DNA from: Candidatus Uhrbacteria bacterium | Lineage (GTDB): Bacteria; Patescibacteriota; Patescibacteriia; UBA9934; GWF2-40-263 | Reading direction: 5' to 3' | Length of the DNA stretch: 64,000 nucleotides | NCBI GenBank assembly: GCA_014239775.1 | Contig: JAAZYG010000023.1 | Span: 223 to 64,222 of the forward strand | Shown: positions 28,355-37,956 of the stretch, piece by piece | Position numbering within the stretch: the first letter of the stretch is position 1 | Layout of the letters: each line of letters begins with the position of its first letter | Made by a program: the position numbers and the translations under genes | The notes under the pieces: generated by a model | Seen by the model: the letters and a program-made list of their open reading frames with translations, nothing else | Database searches by the model: none | What the model was told of the DNA's origin: nothing

Positions 28355-30370
28355 ATGAAATTTAAATTACATTCAAAATATAAACCCGCAGGTGATCAAC
28401 CAAAGGCTATTAAACAATTATTAGCCAGTATTAAGGATGGTAATAAGTTTCAAACCTTATTAGGTGTTACTGGTTCTGGTAAGACGTTTACGATGGCTAA
28501 TGTTATAGAAAAAACTCAAAGACCTGCATTGGTTATTGCTCATAACAAGACTCTTGCGGCACAACTTTGCAATGAATTTAGAGAGTTTTTTCCAGATAAT
28601 ATTGTTGAGTATTTTGTTAGTTATTACGATTATTATCAACCAGAGGCTTATATGCCAAGATCAGATACGTATATTGAAAAAGAAGCAATGATTAATGATG
28701 AAATTGACAGGCTTCGTCATGCTGCAACTCAAGCGTTATTAAGCAGAAAAGATGTAATTATAGTTTCTTCTGTTTCATGTATTTATAATCTTGGTAGTCC
28801 AAAGGAATATGAAAGAGGAGTTCTTCATATTCATAAGGGAAATATAGACATGTCTAGGTCAGAGATATTTAGGCGTTTAATAGAGATGCAATTTTCACGT
28901 ACAAATGCCGATTTAAAGCGTGGTAATTTTAGAGCTCGTGGTGATGTAATTGAGATGATGCCAATGAATGAAGAGGTTGTGTATAGGATTATCATGGAGG
29001 GTGATAGGATTTCAGTCATGCAACAATTGGACCCAGTAACAAGAAAAATTCAAGGCAATATTAATGATGTCTGGTTATTTCCAGCAAAGCATTATGTGAT
29101 TTCAAGGCCAAGACAAAAAGAGGCAATTCGAGGTATACGTCTAGAATTAAAAAATAGATTAAGTGAGTTTGAAAAAGAAGGAAGTGTACTTGAGGCAGAT
29201 AGATTGGATAGGCGCACTCGGTATGACTTAGAAATGATAGAACAACTTGGTTATTGCAACGGTATCGAGAATTATTCAAGATATTTTGATGGAAGAGCAC
29301 CTGGTGATACACCTCAGACATTGATGAATTATTTTCCAGATAATTTTTTAACAATAATTGATGAGTCACATGTAACAGTTTCTCAGGTTGGTGGTATGTA
29401 TAACGGTGACCAAGCACGTAAAAAAACTTTAATTGAGCATGGTTTTCGTTTGCCGTCCGCCAAAGATAATCGTCCATTAAATTTTAAGGAGTTTGAAAGT
29501 AAAATAGGACAAGTTGTTTTTACAAGCGCAACTCCTGGTCCTTATGAGAAAGATAATTCACAAAAAGTTGTAGAGCAGATAATTAGACCAACTGGTTTGG
29601 TTGATCCAGAGATTGATGTTAGGCCAATTACACCAGTTGATGATTATGGGGGGCAGGTAGTTGATTTAATTAAGGAGATTGAAGTTCGTGCAAAAAAGAA
29701 AGAGCGTGTTTTAGTTACTACATTGACTAAAAAAATGTCAGAAGACCTGACGAGTTATTTGGTAGATAAGTCTATAAAGGTTCAATATCTTCATTCGGAT
29801 GTGAAGACTTTGGATAGGATTACGATTTTATCTGATTTACGCTCTGGAGTGTACGATGTTTTGGTAGGAGTTAACTTATTAAGAGAGGGATTAGATTTAC
29901 CAGAAGTAACACTGGTTGCTATTTTAGATGCTGATAAAGAGGGTTTTTTAAGATCAGAAACAGCTATTGTTCAGACAATAGGTCGTGCGGCCAGAAATAC
30001 TGAAGGGAAGGTTATTTTATACGCTGATAATATTACAGGATCGTTAAAGCGTGCAATTAGTGAGACTGAACGGCGTCGTGAAATTCAGACCGCATACAAT
30101 AAAAAACATAAGATTACACCAAAGACAATAAGCAAAGAAATTAAAGACATTCGAGCACTTTTTAATGAAAAAGATAAAAAATCAATAAAGAGCATATTAA
30201 AGCTTGAGTTGACTGCTGAGCCGCATGAAATTAAGCAGGTAATACAAGAAAAGGAGTACGATATGTTGGAAGCTGCAAAAAAACTTGATTTTGAGACAGC
30301 TAAAATTTTAAGGGATGAGATTAAACTGTTGCAAAAAGAACTTAAAGATACTGTGCCAAAGAAAAAATGA
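28355..30370 (+). CDS. uvrB: Excinuclease ABC subunit B
   Basis: LLGVTGSGKT, YFVSYYDYYQPEAY, IDESH, GVNLLREGLDLPEV. Confidence 0.97.
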   Translation: MKFKLHSKYKPAGDQPKAIKQLLASIKDGNKFQTLLGVTGSGKTFTMANVIEKTQRPALVIAHNKTLAAQLCNEFREFFPDNIVEYFVSYYDYYQPEAYMPRSDTYIEKEAMINDEIDRLRHAATQALLSRKDVIIVSSVSCIYNLGSPKEYERGVLHIHKGNIDMSRSEIFRRLIEMQFSRTNADLKRGNFRARGDVIEMMPMNEEVVYRIIMEGDRISVMQQLDPVTRKIQGNINDVWLFPAKHYVISRPRQKEAIRGIRLELKNRLSEFEKEGSVLEADRLDRRTRYDLEMIEQLGYCNGIENYSRYFDGRAPGDTPQTLMNYFPDNFLTIIDESHVTVSQVGGMYNGDQARKKTLIEHGFRLPSAKDNRPLNFKEFESKIGQVVFTSATPGPYEKDNSQKVVEQIIRPTGLVDPEIDVRPITPVDDYGGQVVDLIKEIEVRAKKKERVLVTTLTKKMSEDLTSYLVDKSIKVQYLHSDVKTLDRITILSDLRSGVYDVLVGVNLLREGLDLPEVTLVAILDADKEGFLRSETAIVQTIGRAARNTEGKVILYADNITGSLKRAISETERRREIQTAYNKKHKITPKTISKEIKDIRALFNEKDKKSIKSILKLELTAEPHEIKQVIQEKEYDMLEAAKKLDFETAKILRDEIKLLQKELKDTVPKKK

Positions 30371-30371
30371 T

Positions 30372-32909
30372 ATGGCGATAGATAAGATTATAATCAAGGG
30401 GGCACGAGAACATAATTTAAAAAATGTTAGTTTGGAGTTGCCAAGAAACAAGTTAATTGTTTTTACTGGTGTTTCAGGTTCAGGTAAGTCTAGTTTAGCT
30501 TTTGATACTATTTTTGCTGAAGGTCAACGTAGGTACGTTGAATCATTGTCTGCATATGCTAGACAATTTTTAGGACAAATGGAGAAGCCTGATGTTGATG
30601 AGATTGAGGGTTTGTCACCTGCAATATCTATTGATCAAAAGGCACATTCAAATAACCCACGGTCAACCGTTGCTACAATTACGGAGGTTTATGATTATTT
30701 ACGTGTGTTGTTTGCCAGGGTTGGATTACCTCATTGTATTAAGTGTGAACAAAAGATACAGAAACTTACAAACGAAGAGATGGTGGATGTTGTTATGGAG
30801 GGGGTGGAGAAATTTGACAATAATACTAAAAAAACTAGAAAAGGTTCTATTAAGGTTCTAGCTCCTATTGTTCGTGGAAGAAAAGGTGAATATTATCAGT
30901 TGCTTTATGATTTGTATAATTCTGGTTTTGCAAAAGTAAGAATTGATGGGGTAGAGCATCGCTTAGATCAGCCTATTAAATTAGCAAGATATAAACAGCA
31001 TTCGATTGATGTTGTAATAGACACAATTTCACTTAGTGAGTTTGAAAAGAGTGAGAAAGACGCTCGTCAGAGACTTGCAGAGGCATTGGAGACAGCTGTG
31101 GATAGAGGTAATGACATTGCTGTTGTCATCTATCCAAATAAGGATGAGCAATTATTATCTGCAAAGTTTAGTTGTCCAACGTGCGGTTTTTCCTTTCCAG
31201 AGATTGAGCCGCGTTTATTTTCATTTAATTCACCATATGGTGCATGTAAGGAGTGTTCTGGTCTTGGAACGGCAGAGTTATTTTCAGAAGAATTATGTGG
31301 TGTTTGTACTGGTGCTAGGTTACGAAATGAAGCTCTGTATGTTTGGTTGCCAAAAAAAGTATCAATTGTTGATGTTGTAAGGATGTCCATAGATGAAGCT
31401 GTAACGTTTTTTTCTGAAATAGAAATGAGTGAACGTGATAAGAAGATAGCAGGTTCAATTTTTAATGAAATCCAAAATAGATTACAGTTTATGCTAGATG
31501 TGGGATTGCATTATCTTACATTAGACAGAGCTGCTGGTACTTTGTCTGGCGGAGAAGCTCAAAGGATACGTCTAGCATCTCAGGTTGGTACACGTTTGGT
31601 CGGTGCTATGTATGTTTTGGATGAGCCGACTATTGGCTTGCATCAACGAGATAATGATAGATTGATTGAAACATTGGAGAATTTACGTGATCTTGGCAAT
31701 ACTGTGATAATAGTTGAGCATGATGAAGATTCTATAATGGCATCAGATTTTATGGTTGATATTGGTCCTGGTGCTGGAAGACTTGGTGGTGAGATTGTTG
31801 CAATTGGTGAAACTCCAAAAATTTTCGAAAATAAGGATTCAGTTACGTGTGCGTATTTAAGAGGAGATAAAAAGATTGAAATTCCAGAAAATCGTAGGAC
31901 TATTGCAAAAGATGTTATTAAGATTAAGGGTGCTAGTCAGAATAATTTAAAAAACATAGACGTTGAAATTCCATTAAGACGTTTTGTTTGTATTACAGGG
32001 GTGTCAGGGTCAGGAAAGTCTACTCTTGCATACGAAACTATGTATAAGACTTTATCTAAACGTTTGTATAACAGTAAACATACACCAGGAAAACATAAGT
32101 CTTTGCACGGTATTGAGTATATAGATAAAAGTGTTTTGATAGATCAAAGTGCTATTGGACGTAGTTCAAGGTCAAATCCTGCAACATACACAGGGGTTTG
32201 GACTCCAGTCAGAGAATTGTTCACAGAATTACCAGAATCTAGGTTTAGAGGGTATAAGCCAGGTCGTTTTAGTTTTAATCGTCCAGGTGGTAGGTGTGAA
32301 CATTGTGAGGGTCATGGTGTGATTGCGATTGAGATGCATTTTTTACCAACTGTTTATGTTAAGTGTGATATTTGTAGGGGTAAACGGTTTGATCGTGAGA
32401 CTTTGGAAATAAAGTACCGTGAAAAGAGTATTTATGATGTGTTGGAGATGACAGTTGAGGAGTCTGCTGTCTTTTTTAAGGATATTCCATCTGTGGCAGA
32501 TAAACTCGATAAATTGAATGAAGTCGGATTATCTTATGTAAAGCTGGGTCAACCCGCACCTACATTGTCTGGTGGAGAGGCTCAGCGTGTTAAGTTGGCC
32601 ACAGAACTATCTAAGAGACAAACTGGTCGTACTTTGTATTTATTAGATGAACCAACTACAGGTTTACATTTTGATGATGTTAAAAAATTATTAGAAGTAC
32701 TACACACACTTGTGGATAAAGGTAATTCTGTAGTTGTAATCGAACATAATTTAGATGTGATAAAAACTGCTGATTGGCTAATAGACTTAGGTCCTGAAGG
32801 AGGGGATTTAGGTGGAGAAATCGTTGCTGTTGGAACTCCTGAAGATATTGCACGTCATGGTTTGAGTTATACAGGTAAATACTTAAAACGAGTTTTAAAG
32901 AAAAAATAG
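30372..32909 (+). CDS. uvrA: Excinuclease ABC subunit A
   Basis: GAREHNLKN, two GVSGSGKS P-loops, LSGGEAQR twice, zinc fingers; start set at ATG 30372. Confidence 0.97.
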   Translation: MAIDKIIIKGAREHNLKNVSLELPRNKLIVFTGVSGSGKSSLAFDTIFAEGQRRYVESLSAYARQFLGQMEKPDVDEIEGLSPAISIDQKAHSNNPRSTVATITEVYDYLRVLFARVGLPHCIKCEQKIQKLTNEEMVDVVMEGVEKFDNNTKKTRKGSIKVLAPIVRGRKGEYYQLLYDLYNSGFAKVRIDGVEHRLDQPIKLARYKQHSIDVVIDTISLSEFEKSEKDARQRLAEALETAVDRGNDIAVVIYPNKDEQLLSAKFSCPTCGFSFPEIEPRLFSFNSPYGACKECSGLGTAELFSEELCGVCTGARLRNEALYVWLPKKVSIVDVVRMSIDEAVTFFSEIEMSERDKKIAGSIFNEIQNRLQFMLDVGLHYLTLDRAAGTLSGGEAQRIRLASQVGTRLVGAMYVLDEPTIGLHQRDNDRLIETLENLRDLGNTVIIVEHDEDSIMASDFMVDIGPGAGRLGGEIVAIGETPKIFENKDSVTCAYLRGDKKIEIPENRRTIAKDVIKIKGASQNNLKNIDVEIPLRRFVCITGVSGSGKSTLAYETMYKTLSKRLYNSKHTPGKHKSLHGIEYIDKSVLIDQSAIGRSSRSNPATYTGVWTPVRELFTELPESRFRGYKPGRFSFNRPGGRCEHCEGHGVIAIEMHFLPTVYVKCDICRGKRFDRETLEIKYREKSIYDVLEMTVEESAVFFKDIPSVADKLDKLNEVGLSYVKLGQPAPTLSGGEAQRVKLATELSKRQTGRTLYLLDEPTTGLHFDDVKKLLEVLHTLVDKGNSVVVIEHNLDVIKTADWLIDLGPEGGDLGGEIVAVGTPEDIARHGLSYTGKYLKRVLKKK

Positions 32910-32951
32910 TCATCTAATGTTTTTTGAATAAAAAAAAGGACTAAATTAGTC

Positions 32952-33236
32952 CTAGAGTCCTACATGCATTACCATCTTGCTAGATATGTCTACGTGTAGG
33001 TAGAGTCGATCGAGTTCAACCGCAAGGTTTTGCCCGATTTCAATTGGGTTATCTGCGCATTGTGGAAGAATGATTGATAACGCATTTTCAAATTGTTCAC
33101 GCCCTAAACGTGTGTAAACAGGATGCCACTCTACTTCATGGCATATTTCTGTTGGTGATCCGTTTGGTGCAAAAACTCGTATATTAAATATCTTACCACC
33201 TCCGTCTGTATCAATGGTTAACAAGTCATTTGTCAT
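32952..33236 (-). CDS. Hypothetical protein (94 aa from SD-supported start)
   Basis: SD AAGGGGG before ATG 33236; own promoter; hairpin aggacta/tagtcct at 3' end. Confidence 0.6.
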   Translation of the reverse strand: MTNDLLTIDTDGGGKIFNIRVFAPNGSPTEICHEVEWHPVYTRLGREQFENALSIILPQCADNPIEIGQNLAVELDRLYLHVDISSKMVMHVGL

Positions 33237-33271
33237 TACAATCCCCCTTCTGTGTGCAACAATGCTGAGAA

Positions 33272-33312
33272 AATATATCAATTAAAAACAGCGGTGTCAA
33301 TCCCGCTGTTTT
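33272..33312 (-). promoter_or_regulatory. Terminator hairpin with TTGACA in loop; TTGACA-17-TATATT promoter
   Basis: Minus strand aaaacagcgg-gattgaca-ccgctgtttttaattgatatatt. Confidence 0.7.
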
Positions 33313-33323
33313 GTATTATATAC

Positions 33324-33968
33324 TTATTTTACAATTAAAGTACCCTCCATTCCATTTGCTCTGTGTGATCCTATGTCACAGTAAAATGCATATTCTCCAG
33401 GAGTTTGTGGTGCGGTTATTATTAAAGCATCACCTTCTGAGATTGTGAATTTTATGTCCATTTCATCAATTACAAATGTATGGAATCCTGAATTTTTTGT
33501 AAATGTTATTTTTATTTTCTCTGATGGAGCTGCATTTATAACGTTTGGTGCAAAAAAGAAGTTACCAGACTCCATGTTTACATTGTTTTCTACTGTACCA
33601 CCAAGAGTTATATCTATGATTGGTACTGTACTTGTATCTTCCTCAGTGTTTTCATTGTTATCTTCCTGAACATCCTCTGATGGTGGGTTGGAAAATATAA
33701 ACTCTGAACCTTCTGATTTAATTGTGGTAGTTTCGGTATTTTGTTTATTTGTTGATATATCAACAGAATCGTTACTTGGAACCACGTCACTCTTCTCTAT
33801 GACTTCAATGTTGTCATTTTCTGATTCTGTATTGTCTTCAACTTGCACAATACTATCCACTTCTTTTATTGTGTCTTTTTGTGTGTTATTTTCTGGTTGT
33901 GTTGTTGAATTGGCACATCCAGCACCAATTAATAGAAAAAGGCTTAATATCGCAATTGTTTTCTTCAT
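33324..33968 (-). CDS. Cupredoxin (type 1 copper) lipoprotein
   Basis: LLIGAGC lipobox, acidic linker, FHTF...YCDIGSHRANGMEG (H, C, H, M ligands). Confidence 0.85.
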   Translation of the reverse strand: MKKTIAILSLFLLIGAGCANSTTQPENNTQKDTIKEVDSIVQVEDNTESENDNIEVIEKSDVVPSNDSVDISTNKQNTETTTIKSEGSEFIFSNPPSEDVQEDNNENTEEDTSTVPIIDITLGGTVENNVNMESGNFFFAPNVINAAPSEKIKITFTKNSGFHTFVIDEMDIKFTISEGDALIITAPQTPGEYAFYCDIGSHRANGMEGTLIVK

Positions 33969-34027
33969 ATAGTAGATAATTATTATAGAAGGAGATTAGC
34001 ACGGTATGTAATAAGTTCAAAATATAC

Positions 34028-35341
34028 ATGATTCCAAATAATATTATAATTAAAGATTTAGTATTACCTAGTAAGCCAGGTGTGTATTTTTATTACGATA
34101 ATGTGGGCAAGTTGCTGTATATAGGAAAGGCTACATCATTAAAGCGTAGAGTTAGGTCATATTTTAATAAAGCACATGATCAAAGAATTTCTAGTTTAGT
34201 ATCATCAATTGCAAGAATAGATTACATAGTTACACCATCTGTAATTGAGGCTCTTATTCTTGAGGCAAATCAGATTAAAATAAAAAAACCTTTATATAAT
34301 ATTTTACAAAGAGATGATAAAAGTTTTTTGTATCTTGTAATTACAAATGAAGATTTTCCAAAACCAATGCTAATTAGAGGCAAAGATCTTGTCGATAAGG
34401 GGATAGATCCATTTTCTGATGTTTTGAGCGAAGATGTAAAAAAGTTATATGTACGTATATTTGGTCCATATACAAGCAGTACTTCTTTAAGAAAGGCAAT
34501 GGATATTATTCGTGATGTTATTTCATGGAGTAACTGTAATCCACCTATTGCAGGAAAAAGTAAAAGGTCATGTTTTAATTATCATATAAAAAAATGTCCA
34601 GGAGTGTGTGTGGGTAACATTTCAAAACAGGAATACAGAAAAATAATTAAGAGTTTTATTTTATTTTTTGAAGGAAAAAAGATCCAAATTGTTCGGAGTA
34701 TAAAAAAGGAGATGTTACTTGCTTCAAAGGAGTTGAGATTTGAAGATGCAAAACAGTTCAGAAAAAACATATTTGCACTGGAGCATATACAAGATGTGTC
34801 ATTAATAGTGAAGGAAGATACTAGTAGGTTGTTGTGTAAAAGTAGTGGAGAAATTGATCTAAATGGTCGAATCGAAGCTTATGATATAAGTCATATTTCA
34901 GGAATGTATGCTGTGGGTTCAATGGTTGTTTTTAAGAATCAATTGCCATTAAAAAGTGCATATAGAAAATTTACAATTAAAACAGTTAGTGGGAACAATG
35001 ATGTTGCAATGATTGTGGAGGTGGTGGTAAGGCGGCTTAATAAGTATAAATTGTATCCAAATAAATGGCCTTTACCAGATCTTATGGTTATTGATGGTGG
35101 AAAATCTCAGGTAAATGCTGTGTGTGATGTATTAAAGCAAATGGTAATAAATGTTCCTGTAATAGGTATTGCTAAAGGACCTGGCAGAAAACAAGACAAG
35201 TTAATTTTTGACAGATCTAATCAGGGTTTAATACGTATTGAAAAACGTGGAAAAGAATTGTGTCAAAATGCACGAGATGAGGCACATCGATTTGCTGTAA
35301 AGTTTCATCGATTAAAGCGAAAAAAAGGTTTTATAAAGTAA
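34028..35341 (+). CDS. uvrC: UvrC (GIY-YIG + RNase H-like; no C-terminal HhH)
   Basis: PGVY, LYIGKA, RIEAYDISH, IDGGKSQ, RDEAHRFA. Confidence 0.88.
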   Translation: MIPNNIIIKDLVLPSKPGVYFYYDNVGKLLYIGKATSLKRRVRSYFNKAHDQRISSLVSSIARIDYIVTPSVIEALILEANQIKIKKPLYNILQRDDKSFLYLVITNEDFPKPMLIRGKDLVDKGIDPFSDVLSEDVKKLYVRIFGPYTSSTSLRKAMDIIRDVISWSNCNPPIAGKSKRSCFNYHIKKCPGVCVGNISKQEYRKIIKSFILFFEGKKIQIVRSIKKEMLLASKELRFEDAKQFRKNIFALEHIQDVSLIVKEDTSRLLCKSSGEIDLNGRIEAYDISHISGMYAVGSMVVFKNQLPLKSAYRKFTIKTVSGNNDVAMIVEVVVRRLNKYKLYPNKWPLPDLMVIDGGKSQVNAVCDVLKQMVINVPVIGIAKGPGRKQDKLIFDRSNQGLIRIEKRGKELCQNARDEAHRFAVKFHRLKRKKGFIK

Positions 35342-35343
35342 TT

Positions 35344-35379
35344 AAATCACATGTATTTATCCACAGCATGTGATTTTTT
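35344..35379 (+). terminator. uvrC terminator with perfect DnaA box TTATCCACA (35357-35365) in loop
   Basis: aaatcacatg/catgtgattt stem + T-run. Confidence 0.65.
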
Positions 35380-35423
35380 ATTATTTATTTACTAATTTCA
35401 GCAGAGAATTTACTTGTTTAATA

Positions 35424-35489
35424 AGTGGGTAATGTTGTTGACTGGAGTCACATAGTGGGCTAAAATGGTTGTAAGTGGAAAGAAGTGGG
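35424..35489 (+). promoter_or_regulatory. mraZ promoter (TTGACT-17-TAAAAT) overlapped by 10-bp-phased GTGG repeats (MraZ boxes)
   Basis: AGTGGG 35424, AGTGGG 35454, AATGGT 35464, AGTGGA 35474, AGTGGG 35484; -35 at 35438, -10 at 35461. Confidence 0.8.
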
Positions 35490-35557
35490 GATTGGACCGT
35501 TGTGTCCGATGCTCACTTTTATTTAATTAAAGTGAAACCACGCACAGTCACCTTTAT

Positions 35558-35989
35558 ATGTTCATAGGAGAATATAAACATAATTTAGATGAAAAAGGAC
35601 GTCTTGCTGTACCCAAGAAATTTCGCAAGGCTCTTGAAAAAGGTTTGGTTGTGACACGTGGTTTAGACACGTCTCTTTTCCTGTTTCCCAAGGAGGAGTG
35701 GGACAAGCTTGCAGAAAAACTTTCAAGTTTGCCCCTAGGGAATTCCAATAGCCGTGCATTTGCCCGACTCATGCTTGCGGGTGCAATGGACATAATGTTG
35801 GACAAACAGGGGAGAGTCGTGTTGCCGGAGTATTTAAGGGTGTATGCAGACCTAAAGAAGTCTGTAGTATTAGCTGGTTTATATAACCGCTTAGAGCTTT
35901 GGAGTGAAAAGAATTGGGAGGTCTACAAGAAAAAGGTCGAACAAGATGCCGAGTCTGTTGCAGAACAGTTGGGTGATTTAGGAATTTAA
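35558..35989 (+). CDS. mraZ: Transcriptional repressor MraZ
   Basis: MFIGEY.H.LDEKGRL, DKQGRV, RLELWS. Confidence 0.96.
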   Translation: MFIGEYKHNLDEKGRLAVPKKFRKALEKGLVVTRGLDTSLFLFPKEEWDKLAEKLSSLPLGNSNSRAFARLMLAGAMDIMLDKQGRVVLPEYLRVYADLKKSVVLAGLYNRLELWSEKNWEVYKKKVEQDAESVAEQLGDLGI

Positions 35990-36037
35990 TTTTTGGGGAT
36001 CCAGGATTGTGTTTTTTAACGTAACCCCGGCTTCCTA

Positions 36038-36070
36038 AAGGAGGACATAATGTGACCCATTATTATTATG
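36038..36070 (+). promoter_or_regulatory. SD-led start-stop element in frame with rsmH
   Basis: AAGGAGG-acata-ATG TGA CCC ATT ATT ATT ATG(36068). Confidence 0.45.
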
Positions 36071-36937
36071 TACAAACATAAACCTGTCCTCTTATCTGAG
36101 GTGCTAGAGCATCTCCAACCGGAGCCGAATCAACAGTTTTTAGACGGTACTGTGGGGCTGGGAGGTCACGCTGAAGCTTTGCTAAAGCGAATCCTTCCAG
36201 ATGGCCGTCTGCTCGCATTTGATAGAGATGCGGGAAACCTCCGCGTTTGTCAATCGCGGTTAGCTAGTTATGGCAAAGCAGTTGTTTATATAAACGACAG
36301 TTTTTCCAACGCGCAAACTCATGCAAAAGCACATGGATTTACAAAAATCGATGGAGCACTGCTGGATCTTGGTTTTTCTTCTGTTCATGTCGATGATCCG
36401 GATAGAGGATTTTCTTTCCTTAAATCTGGTCCATTGGATATGAGATACGACCCCAGAGGTGAACTGTCCGCAGCCCATATTGTAAATACATGGAGCGAAG
36501 ATGAGTTGGCACGCATATTTAGAGAATACGGTGAGGAGAGACGAGCAAGAGATATTGCTCGAATGATTGTTAAACGTCGGAAAAGTAAACAGTTTACTGG
36601 AACCGTCGATTTGGCTGAGTCGATTGCGCAAGTTGTGCGTCGCCATGGCAGAATCCATCCAGCTACGCTTGTTTTTCAGGCACTTAGAATAGCTGTGAAT
36701 GACGAATTTGGTCATTTACAGCTCGGACTTCCTAGTATTGCAGATCTTTTGCGTCCAGGAAGTCGATTGGCAGTTATATCTTTTCATTCATTAGAAGACA
36801 GAGTGATTAAGAACTTTATTAAATCACGAAATGATTTAATAAAGGTGAATAAAAAAGTTATCACTGCAACAAGATTAGAAATTAAATCAAATTCAAGAGC
36901 GCGTAGTGCAAAATTACGTATTGCAGAAAAAGTTTAG
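36068..36937 (+). CDS. rsmH: 16S rRNA m4C1402 methyltransferase
   Basis: HKPVLL, DGTVGLGGH, DLGFSS, GPLDMR, FQALRIAVN, SFHSLEDR, RARSAKLR. Confidence 0.96.
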   Translation: MYKHKPVLLSEVLEHLQPEPNQQFLDGTVGLGGHAEALLKRILPDGRLLAFDRDAGNLRVCQSRLASYGKAVVYINDSFSNAQTHAKAHGFTKIDGALLDLGFSSVHVDDPDRGFSFLKSGPLDMRYDPRGELSAAHIVNTWSEDELARIFREYGEERRARDIARMIVKRRKSKQFTGTVDLAESIAQVVRRHGRIHPATLVFQALRIAVNDEFGHLQLGLPSIADLLRPGSRLAVISFHSLEDRVIKNFIKSRNDLIKVNKKVITATRLEIKSNSRARSAKLRIAEKV

Positions 36938-36948
36938 AAATAAACGAC

Positions 36949-37323
36949 ATGCAACCCCACAGTATGTCCATGATTACACAAACAATAACAACAAATTACA
37001 ATAAGCGTTCCTGGTTGGCTGATGTAAAAGTATTTTTTTCAAATACAATTATGTTGAACACCATAACGTTCGCTGTTGTAATCATACTAGCCGTTGCATA
37101 TATTTTTCATGTAAATAGTGTTATTGCTCAAGGTTATGAAATACAGGAATTAGAGCAGCAGATAAGTGAGTTACAATTGCAAAATCAGCAATTAGAACTT
37201 ACTTCGCAGCAAGCAAAGTCACTAGAGAATATTAATAGATCAATTAAGATGTTGGGTTTTCAAGAGGTTGATGAGCTTGAGTATATCAGTGTAGGAACGT
37301 CTTCATACGTACTTGCAGAATAG
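36949..37323 (+). CDS. FtsL-like cell division protein
   Basis: TM + coiled coil; canonical position after mraZ-rsmH. Confidence 0.65.
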   Translation: MQPHSMSMITQTITTNYNKRSWLADVKVFFSNTIMLNTITFAVVIILAVAYIFHVNSVIAQGYEIQELEQQISELQLQNQQLELTSQQAKSLENINRSIKMLGFQEVDELEYISVGTSSYVLAE

Positions 37324-37398
37324 TTAGTATAAATCGACTTAATGGTCGGTTTTTTGTTTGTCTAAACAATGATATACTTTATTAATACTAAGGAGGTT

Positions 37399-37956
37399 AT
37401 GTTTTTACAAACTGCACTTTTTGACACAAGTATTGCGGCAGAAACAATTGCTAATGTAAATTGGCTGCAGCCAACATGGGATTTATTTGTAATCTTATTT
37501 TTTGTTGTTGCATCACTTATTTACGGTGTTTCTTTGGGAAGAGATAGGATTATTGTTATTTTGGTTTCAATATATATGGCTTTGGCTGTTGTAAATTACA
37601 TTCCTTTTATTAGTGAGTTTACAGCGGCTATTTCAGTTAATGATGCATTTGCTCTTCGTGTTTCAGTTTTCTTAGGTATTTTTATTTTATTGTTTTTCTT
37701 TTTATCACACTCAGCACTCTTGAAAACATTAGGGCATACATCGGCACAAGGTGGAATTTTTCAAGTAATGATTTTTTCTTTTTTACATGTTGGATTATTG
37801 ATTAGCGTTACATTGTCGTTTTTCCCTACAGATCTTTCAGGTGTTTTGTCACCATTTACACGTTCTATTTTTTTAGGAGATATAGCAAAGGCACTTTGGG
37901 TAACGTTGCCTATATTGGCAATGGCTATTTTTGGAAAAATTGAAAAAGATTACTAG
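37399..37956 (+). CDS. Hypothetical multi-TM membrane protein
   Basis: AAGGAGG before ATG 37399; about 5 TM. Confidence 0.7.
   Translation: MFLQTALFDTSIAAETIANVNWLQPTWDLFVILFFVVASLIYGVSLGRDRIIVILVSIYMALAVVNYIPFISEFTAAISVNDAFALRVSVFLGIFILLFFFLSHSALLKTLGHTSAQGGIFQVMIFSFLHVGLLISVTLSFFPTDLSGVLSPFTRSIFLGDIAKALWVTLPILAMAIFGKIEKDY

Noticed and set aside
30315-30371. Extended uvrA N-terminus from the ORF track
   Set aside because: It overlaps uvrB; the conserved sequence begins at ATG 30372. The same applies to the upstream starts called for dnaX, gatA, lgt and cysS.
32711-32719. DnaA box TGTGGATAA
   Set aside because: Inside uvrA coding sequence (LVDK) and isolated.
35424-35489. CRISPR or iteron array
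   Set aside because: The short GTGG repeats at 10-bp phase are explained by MraZ boxes.
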